Under the pieces are notes generated by a model, which did no database searches, had not been told where the DNA came from, and worked only from the letters and a program-made list of their open reading frames with translations. From a virus: a DNA stretch of 64,000 nt. The stretch is taken from positions 13,360 to 77,359 of the IMG/VR virus record IMGVR_UViG_3300006104_000014. One strand, written 5' to 3'. Positions 10,307 to 21,188 of this stretch are shown here, piece by piece. Position 1 is the stretch's first letter, and every line of letters begins with the position of its first letter. The translations under genes and the position numbers were made by a program.

Positions 10307-11320
10307 TCAGCTCTTAACGATCTTACCAAGGCCTCTTGGGTTAAGAACAATCTCGGAAACGAGCTCGTCCATGACCCAACCCTTGTGGAACTTCTCAGGA
10401 GTGTGGTTCTCCTCGACGTCTAGGGAGTACATGACTGGGAATACACCTAAGAACTCAGGCGATGGGGTCATGTAAACGGTACCCTGAGGAACCTCGATCG
10501 AACGCTGGACTTGGAAGCCACCGAACTGAACGATTCTCTCACCGGCTACAACGCGGTCCTTGAAGGCCCAACCGGTCTGGTTGATGTCCCACTTGTAAAG
10601 GTCACGGTAGTCAATTGGGTTGAACAGCAAGCGGCTGGCCTCCAACTGGTGGACCTCAATAAGAGCAACCAGGTCGTACATTGAGTCTGGGGTAATGTAA
10701 CCCGAAAGCTCGTTGATGACGTGGTTAGGACTAACCGTGTGGTTAGGGTCAACAGCGTAGTTGTTAATAGCAGCCTCGAGCACCGTGATAAGACGGGCGT
10801 CTTCCTGCATCATGATAGCCTGCTTGGACATGTCCTGAGCATACTCTACGATGTTGACTCTGAGGTACCAGAGGTCTTCCTTTTTGATTTGAGGGAACGT
10901 GGCAATACGGAACAGTCGGACCGGAACCTTTTTACCTTCGAATGGGGTTACACGAACCTCACCCTCGTTACCCGACAGGATGTAGGCCTGGCCGTACTCG
11001 TCCAGGACATCGTACATAACAGGAACACCAGGGGTCAGTGGGTCCTCAAGCAGTACGTTACGGGTCATACCCTGATAACGGAGCTTAAGCTGGATAGGAC
11101 CAATCATACCCTGGCCCAGACGGACCATATAGTTGTCCTTGTCAGCAAGGATCGAAGCTAAACGACGTTGCTTCTCCTCACGGGTGGCCGAAACACGACC
11201 AGTAGCGGTTTTGAGACGGTCACGAGCCTCAATAATGTCGGATACATAACTGTCCGACTTTTTGGCGGTACGTGGTTGCAAGTGGTCTGCAACTCCGCCC
11301 ATTGGGGTAATTGTACTCAT
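10307..11320 (-). CDS. Major capsid protein (Bxz1/cluster C actinophage-like)
   Basis: MIGPIQLKLRYQG..RNVLLED.LTPGVP, FRIATFPQIKKEDL, LGVFPVMYSLDVEE, KGWVMDELV..LNPRG recalled from Bxz1-type capsids; higher-GC codon bias. Confidence 0.9.
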   Translation of the reverse strand: MSTITPMGGVADHLQPRTAKKSDSYVSDIIEARDRLKTATGRVSATREEKQRRLASILADKDNYMVRLGQGMIGPIQLKLRYQGMTRNVLLEDPLTPGVPVMYDVLDEYGQAYILSGNEGEVRVTPFEGKKVPVRLFRIATFPQIKKEDLWYLRVNIVEYAQDMSKQAIMMQEDARLITVLEAAINNYAVDPNHTVSPNHVINELSGYITPDSMYDLVALIEVHQLEASRLLFNPIDYRDLYKWDINQTGWAFKDRVVAGERIVQFGGFQVQRSIEVPQGTVYMTPSPEFLGVFPVMYSLDVEENHTPEKFHKGWVMDELVSEIVLNPRGLGKIVKS

Positions 11321-11349
11321 TATAGTATGTTCCTTTCCTGAGAACTAAA

Positions 11350-11880
11350 TTAGAAGCTGCCGTTGGAAACGTTGTCGACGAACCGGATAACAATTTGTGT
11401 TGGCCCAAGTACGTCAATGAGCTCAGCAACTGGAACTTCTGCCCAACCACCGGTTTGGATAGCTGAAGTCAACTGACCAGGTACGGTGTTACTGGCGAAC
11501 AAGTAAGCACGGCTACCGTCCGTAGGAACAACATAAGCCTGAGTTGTGTCAAAAGCAGGAGCTGTAAGGGTAAAGAAGGCATTGTGCCCACCAAGCCATA
11601 CGGCCCAAGCATTTACGCCGACCTGGGTAACATCGTCAATGTTGGCATTACGGTCAAGAGCCGAAAGACCAAATGGACGAGCACCAGACGAGGTAACAAC
11701 AGGCCCACCGAGCAGAGCAACGGTGTCAGGACCACTTCTGGCCATTATAAAACCACTGTAAATGTTAGAGGTCTCGGCTGGGTCCAGGAAGGTGTTGTAT
11801 GGGGTGGCCTCATACTTCTCATACAATGGGGAGCACGTACGGTGTACCCCAACGTTAGCTACGCTATTAAGCTGTAACAT
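11350..11880 (-). CDS. Capsid decoration/head protein
   Basis: 176 aa directly upstream of capsid gene; FLDP..IYSG..PFGL motifs. Confidence 0.65.
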   Translation of the reverse strand: MLQLNSVANVGVHRTCSPLYEKYEATPYNTFLDPAETSNIYSGFIMARSGPDTVALLGGPVVTSSGARPFGLSALDRNANIDDVTQVGVNAWAVWLGGHNAFFTLTAPAFDTTQAYVVPTDGSRAYLFASNTVPGQLTSAIQTGGWAEVPVAELIDVLGPTQIVIRFVDNVSNGSF

Positions 11881-11907
11881 GTTTGTTTCTCCTTATATAT
11901 TGGGTTA

Positions 11908-14643
11908 CTAGAGGGTCATCAGGAAGTCATCAGCGATGATGTCCTGACGTGTTACTGAACTGGCTGTTGTCATACGGCCCATCTCTGGCATCCGATTGTT
12001 ACCGGAGGCCACCTTTGCTACCCGGGGTTGACGGGCCCCAGATTTTTCGAGCATGTCTACGTTCTCCTTGTAACCAGCGAGCTTTTCAGCAGACATTTGC
12101 TCAAACTTTGCAATGTGCATGGCCTTGTCTTCCGAGTTGACCATACCCAAACGCTCAAGTCGATCTACTAACTCAATCGACTCTAATACTCTTTCTTTAG
12201 CAGCCTGTACAGCAGCTGCAACATTTACGGAACCAGTAGTACCTTGGGTTTGGTACTCAAGACCCATGTAACCTTGCAAAGCAGGGTTGGTGGGGTCATT
12301 TGGCCATGGCTCACGGTGGTAATTATAAGCAAGACCATAACCGGTCTCTCCGCCATCGTTGTAGTAGTCTGGAACGTCAGCTAACTGAAGCTGGTTAGGC
12401 TGTAAGTTAGGAACTGTAACCTGAGTCATTGCATCAGGTTGCATTACGTACTGACGGTCAAAAATACCGGCCTGGTCGTCAAGGTCTCTTACGTCCGTTG
12501 TACGACTGGTCTCTTGGTTACCATTAGTACCAATCTTGGAAATACTCGAAAGGCTTTCCTCAAGTTGGATTAAGCTATTGCTAGCTGTACGGGTGTCCAG
12601 GGAGTTGTCAAAGTACTCTTCGAGATCAGCAGCAAACTTAACTAAGGCCTTTGCTGTCTCAATTTCGTGCCTAGAAGACGTACGGAGGTTAGTGCTGTAA
12701 TTGATAATTACAGAAGCAAGACGGTCTCTTAAGGTACTAAAGTCACCATCGCCATTAGCTTCAAGCTCTGTACGGAGGTTTCTTGAGGCTTCGTAGGCTT
12801 TGTAAAGAGATTCTTCAACACCATCGTATACTACAGCAGATCCTCTAATATTTGGACGTGTACGAGCACCACCTGCACCATCTGCTGGGGTAGGCTTACC
12901 AAATGAAATGCCCTTTGCACGTCCACGACTAGATGCCTCTGGAGGAGTAGGCCCATGTAATGCTTCCATAGACTCTACAAAGTTTTGAGCGTATTCGTGG
13001 TTACCTGGACCGTGAGTCTCAGGAGTAACAACTTCACCACCGTCGTGGTGGTATTGAATACCGTGCCACTTACGCTTTGTTCTGTCACTGTATTGAGTTG
13101 TGACTACAGATGGGGAAGAAGGAAGATTCTCTCCTGTGTCTGAGTCAACAAATGGGATGGAATCTGGGTGAGCCGAACCTTCAGCAATTTGGTGAGGATA
13201 AGCATAACCTGCTGGAAGGTTGGATGGGTCATAGTCGTGACCGGTGATTCTTCCAAAGTACTGACCCTGGTCATCACCCTTTCTTTCACTTGGATATGGG
13301 GCAAAGATACCACCAGCTGGGTGAGCCTCTTTGAAGGCTTTAGCATGCTCAATTGGGTCTACTTCTACTTCACGACCATGCTCATCGTAGTCAGTACCAA
13401 ATCGGTCAACTGGGAACGTTCCAGGGGCCCAACCTTGGTTCATGTTGAATGGCTTACCACCGGAAAGTGGGGAACCGTTAATGTTTTCTGGAACAGCTGT
13501 CTTTACAGAACCAAGCTTTTTCTTTCTGCAATCTGTACACATGGGTGCACCGTCAACTCTACGGGTTGGAGTGTTGGTGCAGCCTTCTGTAGTACAATTT
13601 GAACTACGAAGTGGTGTACCCTTACCCTTAGCAAACTTAATTTGCTCATCGCCACAAGGAGCACAAAGGTTGATTACTTCACCGTAACCAGCAACTTTGT
13701 AGGTGTCAGCATAGTCACCACAGGCGTCACAGGAAACAGCAGAAGCTCTTTTAGCTGTATTGTAAGGTAACCAACCAGGTTGCTCAAAGCTAGCAGGAGT
13801 ACCAGCTACTTGAGGACCGGCGATGGGTTGTTGTTGCCAAGGAGACATTTCTGCATGTACCTCATTGCTTCCAGGACCACCCTGAATGTCGGGTGCATCA
13901 AGATTTGTAACATCTAACCAACGCTCTGGATAAACATCTTTCCACATGTCCATCTCTGGGGTTGGGGCTTGGGAGGACAGACCAAAGGGTCCATCCAAGT
14001 TCATGTTAGAAGTTTGGTCATACTGTACTCCGGGTACAGCTGCCTCTCTTCTAAGCTCATCGTCAAATCGACTCATTCTAGCTCCTGTCGGTTGTCTTTT
14101 GTCTTCTACTACTTCTGGATTGTGAATAATGTTATTCTCAACCCCGGTAAGCTGATCGTCTTCTACTTCGGCTAAGTTGTCTTTGCCTAAACTATCAACG
14201 GAAGATTTCTTTGGATTCTTACCTGTATCCCTATTAGGATTCTTTTTGTTCTTTTCCCAGGGGATTACCTTTAGCTTTGGGTTACGCCCTATAACGTTGT
14301 CTTTATTCTGATCATTTGGATGCATTAGCTCCGGGGCTGTTGTAGTCCTACCACAAGACTCACACCAACCAACGGTGCAATTGGGGCACTTATCCTCTTG
14401 TTGTTTCTTTGCAGAATTTTTCTCTTGTAAAGCCTTCTTTTGATCTTCTTGTTGCATGTAAATATCTTCGGCCATCTGAGTCTTTTCACTCACATAACCA
14501 CAACTCTCACAAGCTTGTCCATCATAAGTTGTACCACATTGGGGACATGGGCCCATATCCTGTGTGGTATCAACATCTGCCGGAATTCTTATTTTCTCTT
14601 CTGCAAACTTTAGAAGCTCTGCAGAGACTTTAAGAATTGGCAT
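11908..14643 (-). CDS. Large scaffold/head-internal protein with CxxC zinc ribbons
   Basis: 911 aa between protease and decoration gene; low complexity; helical C-terminus; many K/R-x-A sites. Confidence 0.6.
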   Translation of the reverse strand: MPILKVSAELLKFAEEKIRIPADVDTTQDMGPCPQCGTTYDGQACESCGYVSEKTQMAEDIYMQQEDQKKALQEKNSAKKQQEDKCPNCTVGWCESCGRTTTAPELMHPNDQNKDNVIGRNPKLKVIPWEKNKKNPNRDTGKNPKKSSVDSLGKDNLAEVEDDQLTGVENNIIHNPEVVEDKRQPTGARMSRFDDELRREAAVPGVQYDQTSNMNLDGPFGLSSQAPTPEMDMWKDVYPERWLDVTNLDAPDIQGGPGSNEVHAEMSPWQQQPIAGPQVAGTPASFEQPGWLPYNTAKRASAVSCDACGDYADTYKVAGYGEVINLCAPCGDEQIKFAKGKGTPLRSSNCTTEGCTNTPTRRVDGAPMCTDCRKKKLGSVKTAVPENINGSPLSGGKPFNMNQGWAPGTFPVDRFGTDYDEHGREVEVDPIEHAKAFKEAHPAGGIFAPYPSERKGDDQGQYFGRITGHDYDPSNLPAGYAYPHQIAEGSAHPDSIPFVDSDTGENLPSSPSVVTTQYSDRTKRKWHGIQYHHDGGEVVTPETHGPGNHEYAQNFVESMEALHGPTPPEASSRGRAKGISFGKPTPADGAGGARTRPNIRGSAVVYDGVEESLYKAYEASRNLRTELEANGDGDFSTLRDRLASVIINYSTNLRTSSRHEIETAKALVKFAADLEEYFDNSLDTRTASNSLIQLEESLSSISKIGTNGNQETSRTTDVRDLDDQAGIFDRQYVMQPDAMTQVTVPNLQPNQLQLADVPDYYNDGGETGYGLAYNYHREPWPNDPTNPALQGYMGLEYQTQGTTGSVNVAAAVQAAKERVLESIELVDRLERLGMVNSEDKAMHIAKFEQMSAEKLAGYKENVDMLEKSGARQPRVAKVASGNNRMPEMGRMTTASSVTRQDIIADDFLMTL

Positions 14644-14644
14644 T

Positions 14645-15298
14645 TCAAGTCCTCATTTTAGCAAGAATACCAGCTGATTCGTCGGCGGGATCAAAAACGT
14701 AGCTAAGTTCAAAAAAGTTAGGTTTTACACAACTTTCGTAAATTAAAACTTCTTTTCTTGAACTATCTTTATAAATAGAGACCCTTTGTCCCTTTAACTT
14801 AGGAATATGTTCACAAAATTCTGAAGGCTTAGAGGCTACTTTGTGGCAACCAGAGCAAATAGTTGCATCTACGTCAGCACCCATACTAACAGCATTCAAT
14901 TTACCTTCCATAATAGCATTAGCTAATTTTGGAAAGCTTTCTGCATCAACCTCGGATAAAGCATAAACGGAACCATCAACAAGACCGGAAGCTAACTTTG
15001 TCTCCTTGTAAATAACATCAAGGATAACACCTTTAGCTTTAGTATGGTCACTGTTGTTGTGCTCTACGAACATTGGACGGCCAATAAATGTCTTATAGGC
15101 TGTTCTTAATTCGTGTACTGGCCAACCGTCGTAATTAGCATTTACTCTGGAGGAGATTGCTCTAGATACGGTATAAACCATACCTTTTTCAGGAGTAAAT
15201 CTAAAGTCCTGAAAGCCCACCTTATGCATTTGGATGGTCTCACTTGGGGCTCCGTACCCCAGGGACCTTAATGATGGGCTTCCGAATTTTTTAAACAT
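14645..15298 (-). CDS. Prohead (capsid maturation) serine protease with zinc-finger insertion
   Basis: F.GRPMFVEHN (His), AVSMG (Ser), CSGC..FCEH, FFELSYVFDPAD. Confidence 0.8.
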   Translation of the reverse strand: MFKKFGSPSLRSLGYGAPSETIQMHKVGFQDFRFTPEKGMVYTVSRAISSRVNANYDGWPVHELRTAYKTFIGRPMFVEHNNSDHTKAKGVILDVIYKETKLASGLVDGSVYALSEVDAESFPKLANAIMEGKLNAVSMGADVDATICSGCHKVASKPSEFCEHIPKLKGQRVSIYKDSSRKEVLIYESCVKPNFFELSYVFDPADESAGILAKMRT

Positions 15299-15317
15299 AT
15301 TTATCTGACACTTACTA

Positions 15318-15743
15318 TTAGTGTTCTTCGGGCTTTACATTATCGTGTTCACTAATAATATGCAGTTCTTTTTGGATTAAGTCAAGTTCAAACTTAGCAT
15401 GTACAAGCTGATCTAATACTTCTCTGGTGTATTCACTTACCTCTAAGTGGTAAGAAGCTAATTCAGCTGCAATACGGTCACTACGTTTAGCTGCAATAAG
15501 TAATACACTACCCTGAAGACCAGCTAACATACTTAAAATAAGGTTAAGACGAAAGAATGGAGATGGGTCTACTCCAAAACCACCTGTAATGAGCCAAATA
15601 GCCATACATGAAGTAAACCCTAAAAGGAATGTCCAAGTACCTAAGCCATGACGCATACCGTCAGCAGCTTTTTCTCCGATGGTTCTATCTGAACCGGTTT
15701 TGCTAACGGCTGGGTGGAACTCCCAATGACTTATTTTAGCCAT
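15318..15743 (-). CDS. DUF1003-like membrane protein
   Basis: IGEKAAD..GTWTF, DPSPFFRLNLILS.LA.LQ..VLLIA. Confidence 0.7.
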   Translation of the reverse strand: MAKISHWEFHPAVSKTGSDRTIGEKAADGMRHGLGTWTFLLGFTSCMAIWLITGGFGVDPSPFFRLNLILSMLAGLQGSVLLIAAKRSDRIAAELASYHLEVSEYTREVLDQLVHAKFELDLIQKELHIISEHDNVKPEEH

Positions 15744-15744
15744 G

Positions 15745-16110
15745 TTATTCCTCCCTAGCGTTAAGACCCCGGTGATATCCTTCGTGCTCTACTATACGTT
15801 CTCTTACTTTATCAATTTGATGGTGGAGGGAATCTTGTCCATCTTTAAGCTCTTCTACCATCTTTTGAATTGTATTCCACTGATCTTTACTACTACTTCC
15901 ACCATTGGGTTGGTGGTCTTTTACTAGAGTCTCTGAGTTCTCTTGTAAACACTTTAATTCTTCTTTAATGTCTTCAATTTGCTTATCTTGGTGCTTAGTA
16001 AGAATCTTATAGATGATTCTAATAGCTGTAGCTAAAGCAGCAAGAGCAAAACCTACGTTGGCAATATAGCCAGCCAAATTATTACTCGAATTAAAAAAGC
16101 TGGCTACCAT
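15745..16110 (-). CDS. Single-TM coiled-coil protein (actinophage PNGGSS type)
   Basis: N-terminal hydrophobic helix, PNGGSSSKD, coiled coil. Confidence 0.6.
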   Translation of the reverse strand: MVASFFNSSNNLAGYIANVGFALAALATAIRIIYKILTKHQDKQIEDIKEELKCLQENSETLVKDHQPNGGSSSKDQWNTIQKMVEELKDGQDSLHHQIDKVRERIVEHEGYHRGLNAREE

Positions 16111-16112
16111 AA

Positions 16113-16310
16113 TTACTCTTTAATATAGATAGAATTTTTGATATTTAATTTGTGGAAGTTACGGATTTGACCATCAATCTTTTCTTCGATGATGGCAATT
16201 CTCTCAAGACCAGATGCTAAACCAATAAAGGAGCTAGTGGTCAAGGAGGTATTAGTAAATGCTGTCTTTGGGAGCATTTTAACTTCTGTATTATCAAGTA
16301 AGTAACTCAT
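16113..16310 (-). CDS. Hypothetical protein
   Basis: 65 aa ORF in operon orientation. Confidence 0.5.
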   Translation of the reverse strand: MSYLLDNTEVKMLPKTAFTNTSLTTSSFIGLASGLERIAIIEEKIDGQIRNFHKLNIKNSIYIKE

Positions 16311-16341
16311 ATCAATTTCTTTCTATAATTAGGAAGATTAA

Positions 16342-18678
16342 TTACATGTCCCCAAATTGACTAATATCAGGGCTGTCCATTCCACCATCACCACTATGGT
16401 GTGAACCAGCACCCATGGGATCTGTAGCTTCTTCACTTCCATGTTGATCTGGTACTACTTGAGCACCAAGATCAGAAGCTAAGTGTTCTCTAAACTCATC
16501 TTCATTAAACTTCTCATAACTATCATCTACGATGATCTTCATACCAGAAGCAAGCTTCATTCTAACACGCTTCTTTTGCTCAATTGGTACGGCAAACTTC
16601 ATACGGTTACCATACTCAACTTTACCCTGGAACTCATCATTGTCATCTTCATCCCAAAGACTGCCATTAACCGAAGAGGTTTTCTTCTTCTTTTTAGGCC
16701 CTGTCTTACCCCTAGCTTGATTTTGCTTAGGTTGAGAACCCTTTTGCTCATCTGATTGCTCTGGTCTTTGTCTTGGGTTTGGTACAGGACCAGAAGGATA
16801 AACTTCAGCAGCTCCACTAACATCGGATTGAGCAGCAGGTCCCGTAAGATTAGGGGCAGCAGGAATAGAGGAAAGGTCGGCCATTGCTTGAGGAGACATT
16901 GCAGCACCAATAGATGGGTCCTGAAGCATAGAAACATAAGCTTCGTATTCCTGTACATACTCTGGGGGAATAGGAAGCTGAAGAATCATTAATCTATCAA
17001 AGAGTTCCTTCTTATACTCCTGCTCAGCAACAACTGATTTAATCTTCTCATCCTTACGGGCCTTGAGTTCATCATCAAAGTCAATTGGGATATTAATAGC
17101 AAGGGTACCAAGGGATACTGGGAATCCACTAGCAGCTAATTGCTGTAAGAATCCTCTTTCTACCGTTTCATCTCTGAGGTTCATAGACCGGAATCTAACC
17201 TCAGGAATAGCTAACTTAGGCCGTTCTTCTACGTATTCTTCTCCGGTTTCATCATCTACCATGAGAACCGTTTCCATAATAGGAACCATTTGGCCACCTA
17301 CCTTACGGTACTCAAAGTGACCCTGTCTTTCAGCAACAGGTTCCATACGTGATCTAATGAATCTATCAATCTTATGCTGGTAGGTACTTAACATCTGGGT
17401 AATCAATTCTCTGTTAAGAGCACCAGAAGCATAAGTAGCTGAACTAGAACCACCCTGGAGTAACTCAGCACCAATACCAAAGACCTGCATAACTTTAGAT
17501 TCTACACGCATAAAGTCAGCATCTAGTCTTGGCATACTTTCTCTACCGAAAGCATTCTTAATATCTAATCCATGGTGATAGGTCATTAAACGGAAGTCCG
17601 AGTTAATGGCCATACTTAGGTCATCTCTTAGTGACTGAAGTTCAGTAGCATCCGGAATCCAAGGACCATCTTCGTCAACATTAGGAAGACCAAGAGTAGC
17701 AAGGATAAGGGGAGAATACAGGCGGTCAGCAATAGCATCCTGAGCAGCATTAAGAGATTCTTCCAGCATAAGCATACGAAAAGCACGAAGAAGAATAGGA
17801 GTACCATGCTCACTCCAGGGGTTAGTCTTAAACTTTAACTGCTTCATAATAACATCAGAAACAGGAATTTCTTTATCCTGCTTAGCCCAGGCAACAATAT
17901 CTGGGTAGAGTTGCATAAGCATTGCATACTCTTGGGCAGGTTCTCTGGTATCGATGAGTTTCTTAATCTCATCTGGAACTTTAATATGGTACTGGTAGGT
18001 TCTAAGAGCTCTATTCTTAGCTACAATAACATCGTTAGGGTTAATGATTTCATCATCTTCCCAGGCACCAATACCATCATGCCATGACCCCATAGCAAAT
18101 GCTTCACCAACTGTCCAATGCTCTCTACCAAGGTCAAACAAAAACTCTTGGTAGTCCAGACCATCAAAGAATAATTCTGTGTAGAATTGTGCAATTCTTT
18201 TATCTGGGTGAGCAAACTCAATATCGAGAAGAGGATACCGAGTATAAATATCGATAAGTGAGGGGACTAAGTAGTGAGTAGTATAAAGAAGACGTGCCCA
18301 GTCTCTAATCTTCTTCATTTGCTCATCGGGGTCCTCCATGTTGAACCACCAGGTTCTCTCCCTCCAATATTCGAAAGGGTCATGAAGTTTTGGCCAGGCC
18401 CACTGAGCATCTGAGCCTGTTGCTGCAGCAGTACGACGGTTTTGAGTATTTGCAACCCCAAAGTCCGGAATACTGCTAAATTTTTCTAACTTTTCTCTAC
18501 CACGTGATTCTTGCTGCATGGCCATAGGGCCAACATCATTAAGCATAGATCCTTGTCTTACGTTAGTAAGGATCTCTTTCGTGGCTAATCTACCACGTAC
18601 AGGGTTACTAGGGAGTGTTAAGCCTTCACGTCTCATTCTCTGAAACTCGGCTGATGCACTCTTATCTTCTCTAGTCAT
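16342..18678 (-). CDS. Portal protein
   Basis: 778 aa; SLIDIYTRYPL, GREHWTVGEAF, PWSEHGTPILLRAFR, AQDAIADR; upstream of protease. Confidence 0.85.
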   Translation of the reverse strand: MTREDKSASAEFQRMRREGLTLPSNPVRGRLATKEILTNVRQGSMLNDVGPMAMQQESRGREKLEKFSSIPDFGVANTQNRRTAAATGSDAQWAWPKLHDPFEYWRERTWWFNMEDPDEQMKKIRDWARLLYTTHYLVPSLIDIYTRYPLLDIEFAHPDKRIAQFYTELFFDGLDYQEFLFDLGREHWTVGEAFAMGSWHDGIGAWEDDEIINPNDVIVAKNRALRTYQYHIKVPDEIKKLIDTREPAQEYAMLMQLYPDIVAWAKQDKEIPVSDVIMKQLKFKTNPWSEHGTPILLRAFRMLMLEESLNAAQDAIADRLYSPLILATLGLPNVDEDGPWIPDATELQSLRDDLSMAINSDFRLMTYHHGLDIKNAFGRESMPRLDADFMRVESKVMQVFGIGAELLQGGSSSATYASGALNRELITQMLSTYQHKIDRFIRSRMEPVAERQGHFEYRKVGGQMVPIMETVLMVDDETGEEYVEERPKLAIPEVRFRSMNLRDETVERGFLQQLAASGFPVSLGTLAINIPIDFDDELKARKDEKIKSVVAEQEYKKELFDRLMILQLPIPPEYVQEYEAYVSMLQDPSIGAAMSPQAMADLSSIPAAPNLTGPAAQSDVSGAAEVYPSGPVPNPRQRPEQSDEQKGSQPKQNQARGKTGPKKKKKTSSVNGSLWDEDDNDEFQGKVEYGNRMKFAVPIEQKKRVRMKLASGMKIIVDDSYEKFNEDEFREHLASDLGAQVVPDQHGSEEATDPMGAGSHHSGDGGMDSPDISQFGDM

Positions 18679-18740
18679 TAACCCTTTACTTTCTCTTTGA
18701 TCCTACTTATTGTAGAATCGATTGACACAAAATCTCTTAT

Positions 18741-18764
18741 AAAAAAGGGGGAACTATACCCCTT
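18741..18764 (-). terminator. Rho-independent terminator
   Basis: AAGGGG-loop-CCCCTT followed by T run. Confidence 0.55.
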
Positions 18765-18768
18765 AAAA

Positions 18769-18951
18769 TTAGTTGGCCTCTGAGCAAGTAATACAGGATT
18801 GAGGTGAAAGGCCACCACAATTCTCACAAACGTTCTCCATACCGTTTTTAATGATATCAAAACCGTTTCTAATCTCACTCATACCCATGGTAAAGTTAGC
18901 TGCTAACTTTTGCTTCATGCTGTAACGAATATTTTGCTGTCTTTCGATCAT
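18769..18951 (-). CDS. Small CxxC protein
   Basis: 60 aa; CENC and CITC; purine-rich RBS. Confidence 0.6.
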   Translation of the reverse strand: MIERQQNIRYSMKQKLAANFTMGMSEIRNGFDIIKNGMENVCENCGGLSPQSCITCSEAN

Positions 18952-18966
18952 TATATAGCCTTTCCC

Positions 18967-19671
18967 TTAGCCAATCCAAGTGTGATTGGACTTAATATTC
19001 TCGTAAGGAGTATTGCTACCGGATACTGTAGTAGTATTACCGGAGATTGAAACCCTTCTTGGGTTTTGGATACTCATTTGACCAATTTGACCATTAGCAT
19101 CTGTAGCATTAGCACCAACTTGCATAGCACTAAGATCGGTAAACATACCAGCGATAGCCCAGTCAATAATTCCATGTCCGCCAGAAGCAACTAAACGGTA
19201 GGCGTTGTAAAGGGTACCAGAAGCAACATTTACAGCAAGTCGTACTGGGACATTTCCACTAGTAACTGTACCTGAGACAATATTAACCCAGTTTGTTGAG
19301 CTATAGTCTATAGTACCAATATAACGCTTTTGAGTACCTTGCAGGGTAACATGAGCTGTTCCAGACCAATCAGATTCAGCTGTAAGGGTAACTACAGTAG
19401 AAAGGATATCAGTAACAGCTTCCATAGAACCAGGAGAACATACAAAACCTACATCTGTGTTATTATTAACACCAGATGCTAAGATTAAACCAGGAACAAC
19501 AGAACCTGGGACTCCACCGTTAAATGTCCCATTAGACTTTAAAGAAGGATATGGAGGTGTTGCTGGGTGTACGTTAGATGGGTGGCCATCAACTCCATAA
19601 AGAGTAACAAACTGGCCTAATGGCCAGGTCCTTTTAACTTGTCTAGGTCCACTACCTTCAGCGAAGTTCAT
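18967..19671 (-). CDS. Beta-rich structural protein
   Basis: 234 aa, Gly/Ser/Thr-rich. Confidence 0.55.
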   Translation of the reverse strand: MNFAEGSGPRQVKRTWPLGQFVTLYGVDGHPSNVHPATPPYPSLKSNGTFNGGVPGSVVPGLILASGVNNNTDVGFVCSPGSMEAVTDILSTVVTLTAESDWSGTAHVTLQGTQKRYIGTIDYSSTNWVNIVSGTVTSGNVPVRLAVNVASGTLYNAYRLVASGGHGIIDWAIAGMFTDLSAMQVGANATDANGQIGQMSIQNPRRVSISGNTTTVSGSNTPYENIKSNHTWIG

Positions 19672-20192
19672 TGCATCTCCATCTGTTCTTGACTAATACC
19701 TGTCTCTAAGAACCTTTGAGCATTTGCAAAGATATCATCGTCTGATAAATCTAAGTCTTCTAATGGAGGTTCTTCTAGCTCTGGTTCTGGTTGTTTAATT
19801 TCTTCTACTGTCTTTTGGATAATAGGTTCCTCAACCTTTGGAGCAGGTAGAGGAGGAGTTATAAGCTTAGGGGGTTCTAATGGAATAAATAGACTAGAAA
19901 GGAATTCAGAAGTAAGTTTCCAGGTTGTATCTGAAACTTTTTCTCCTGTTAACTTAGCTAATCTATTGCCTTTTATGTCCCATAAGAACATATATTCTTT
20001 TCCGTCGTAGTCTGTAACCTTACCTAGGGAAAAGATACCTTGTCTAGATAATACTGCAGCTGAATTAATACCTACAACTTCTTCAGGAATTACTACTTCT
20101 GGTTCTTCAATTGTAGGAAGCTCAAGTACTGGGGCCTTTACTGCTTCTGCCTCAGGTTGAAAAATAATTCTAGTCTTTCTAGCTTTGAACAT
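19668..20192 (-). CDS. Pro/Glu-rich hypothetical protein
   Basis: 174 aa coupled ORF. Confidence 0.65.
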   Translation of the reverse strand: MFKARKTRIIFQPEAEAVKAPVLELPTIEEPEVVIPEEVVGINSAAVLSRQGIFSLGKVTDYDGKEYMFLWDIKGNRLAKLTGEKVSDTTWKLTSEFLSSLFIPLEPPKLITPPLPAPKVEEPIIQKTVEEIKQPEPELEEPPLEDLDLSDDDIFANAQRFLETGISQEQMEMQ

Positions 20193-20731
20193 TAGCCCTT
20201 AATCATTAATTCGTAGTCACTCTTACGCTCTACGGATGCCGTTTTGTCGTCCCAAATAACAGCAAATTCTGCATCACCAACAGCAATTACTGTCCCAGAA
20301 GCTAATCTGGTTGGGCTCTTGTACGTAACTCTTCCACCCTCTAAGGTGTCATTCTCCAAAGAAGCAACTACACCAAGGGTAAAGTTTTTACGAGCTTGCT
20401 TGTTGAGAAAACCTTTAGACTGACTGGCAGCCCGCTCTAAGTAAGCATAAGGACCAACTTGTTGAGCTGGGTTCATATTAGGGTCAAGGTTTGGGTTTCC
20501 AGGGTGAGTAACGTTGTCGTTATCACGGTCATATTGACTAGCTTGGTCGGCTCTTTGTTGCTGCTGAATACCAGCAAACTCTTGAGTAAAGATACCATTT
20601 GTATCCATGTAGTCTTTAGGCATAGGACTACCAGGCTCAACAAAGTCAACACCAACATCTGCACCAGCTGGAAGGTCGTCCATGGCCGTACGTACAAATA
20701 GGTTCTTGGGGTTTATATTCAATCTAAACAT
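20192..20731 (-). CDS. Hypothetical protein, possible C-terminal SH3-like domain
   Basis: 179 aa; GTVIAVG..FAVIWDD. Confidence 0.65.
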   Translation of the reverse strand: MFRLNINPKNLFVRTAMDDLPAGADVGVDFVEPGSPMPKDYMDTNGIFTQEFAGIQQQQRADQASQYDRDNDNVTHPGNPNLDPNMNPAQQVGPYAYLERAASQSKGFLNKQARKNFTLGVVASLENDTLEGGRVTYKSPTRLASGTVIAVGDAEFAVIWDDKTASVERKSDYELMIKG

Positions 20732-20792
20732 TTTCTTTCCTTATCAATCGGAATCTATTACTTGGTATAGGATATCACTAGACTTACATTTA

Positions 20793-21188
20793 CTATTTCG
20801 TTTTGGGCTTCAACGAGGGAAATTCAGAATCAATATTACCTGGTTCACTTGTACCTTCTACAGTTGCAGATGGAACTCTCGTTCTATTGAATGACCTTGG
20901 TAAATTATTGATTTGTTCAGATTGTTGAGCTGGGTCTACGGGCTCTCCAGGCTTAACGAGATAAGGATTCTTTGTAGTAGCTGTCAATACGTGGCTACGT
21001 ACAAGTTGCCCACCACATTCACATCTAAAGGAGGAATTACCAGAATCTTTTGAATCTACGATTAGATCTCCACCCTCAATATCACCTGGGTCTGTTACGT
21101 TTCCACAGGAAGTGCAAATGTAATCTGGATAACCTGTAGCAACTTTCCAAGATGTAGCTTGGATATATTCCTCTACAGGATTACTCAC
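20793..21188 (-). CDS. Zinc-ribbon hypothetical protein (likely GTG start 21188)
   Basis: CTSCG and CECGG; start overlaps upstream stop region. Confidence 0.55.
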   Translation of the reverse strand: MSNPVEEYIQATSWKVATGYPDYICTSCGNVTDPGDIEGGDLIVDSKDSGNSSFRCECGGQLVRSHVLTATTKNPYLVKPGEPVDPAQQSEQINNLPRSFNRTRVPSATVEGTSEPGNIDSEFPSLKPKTK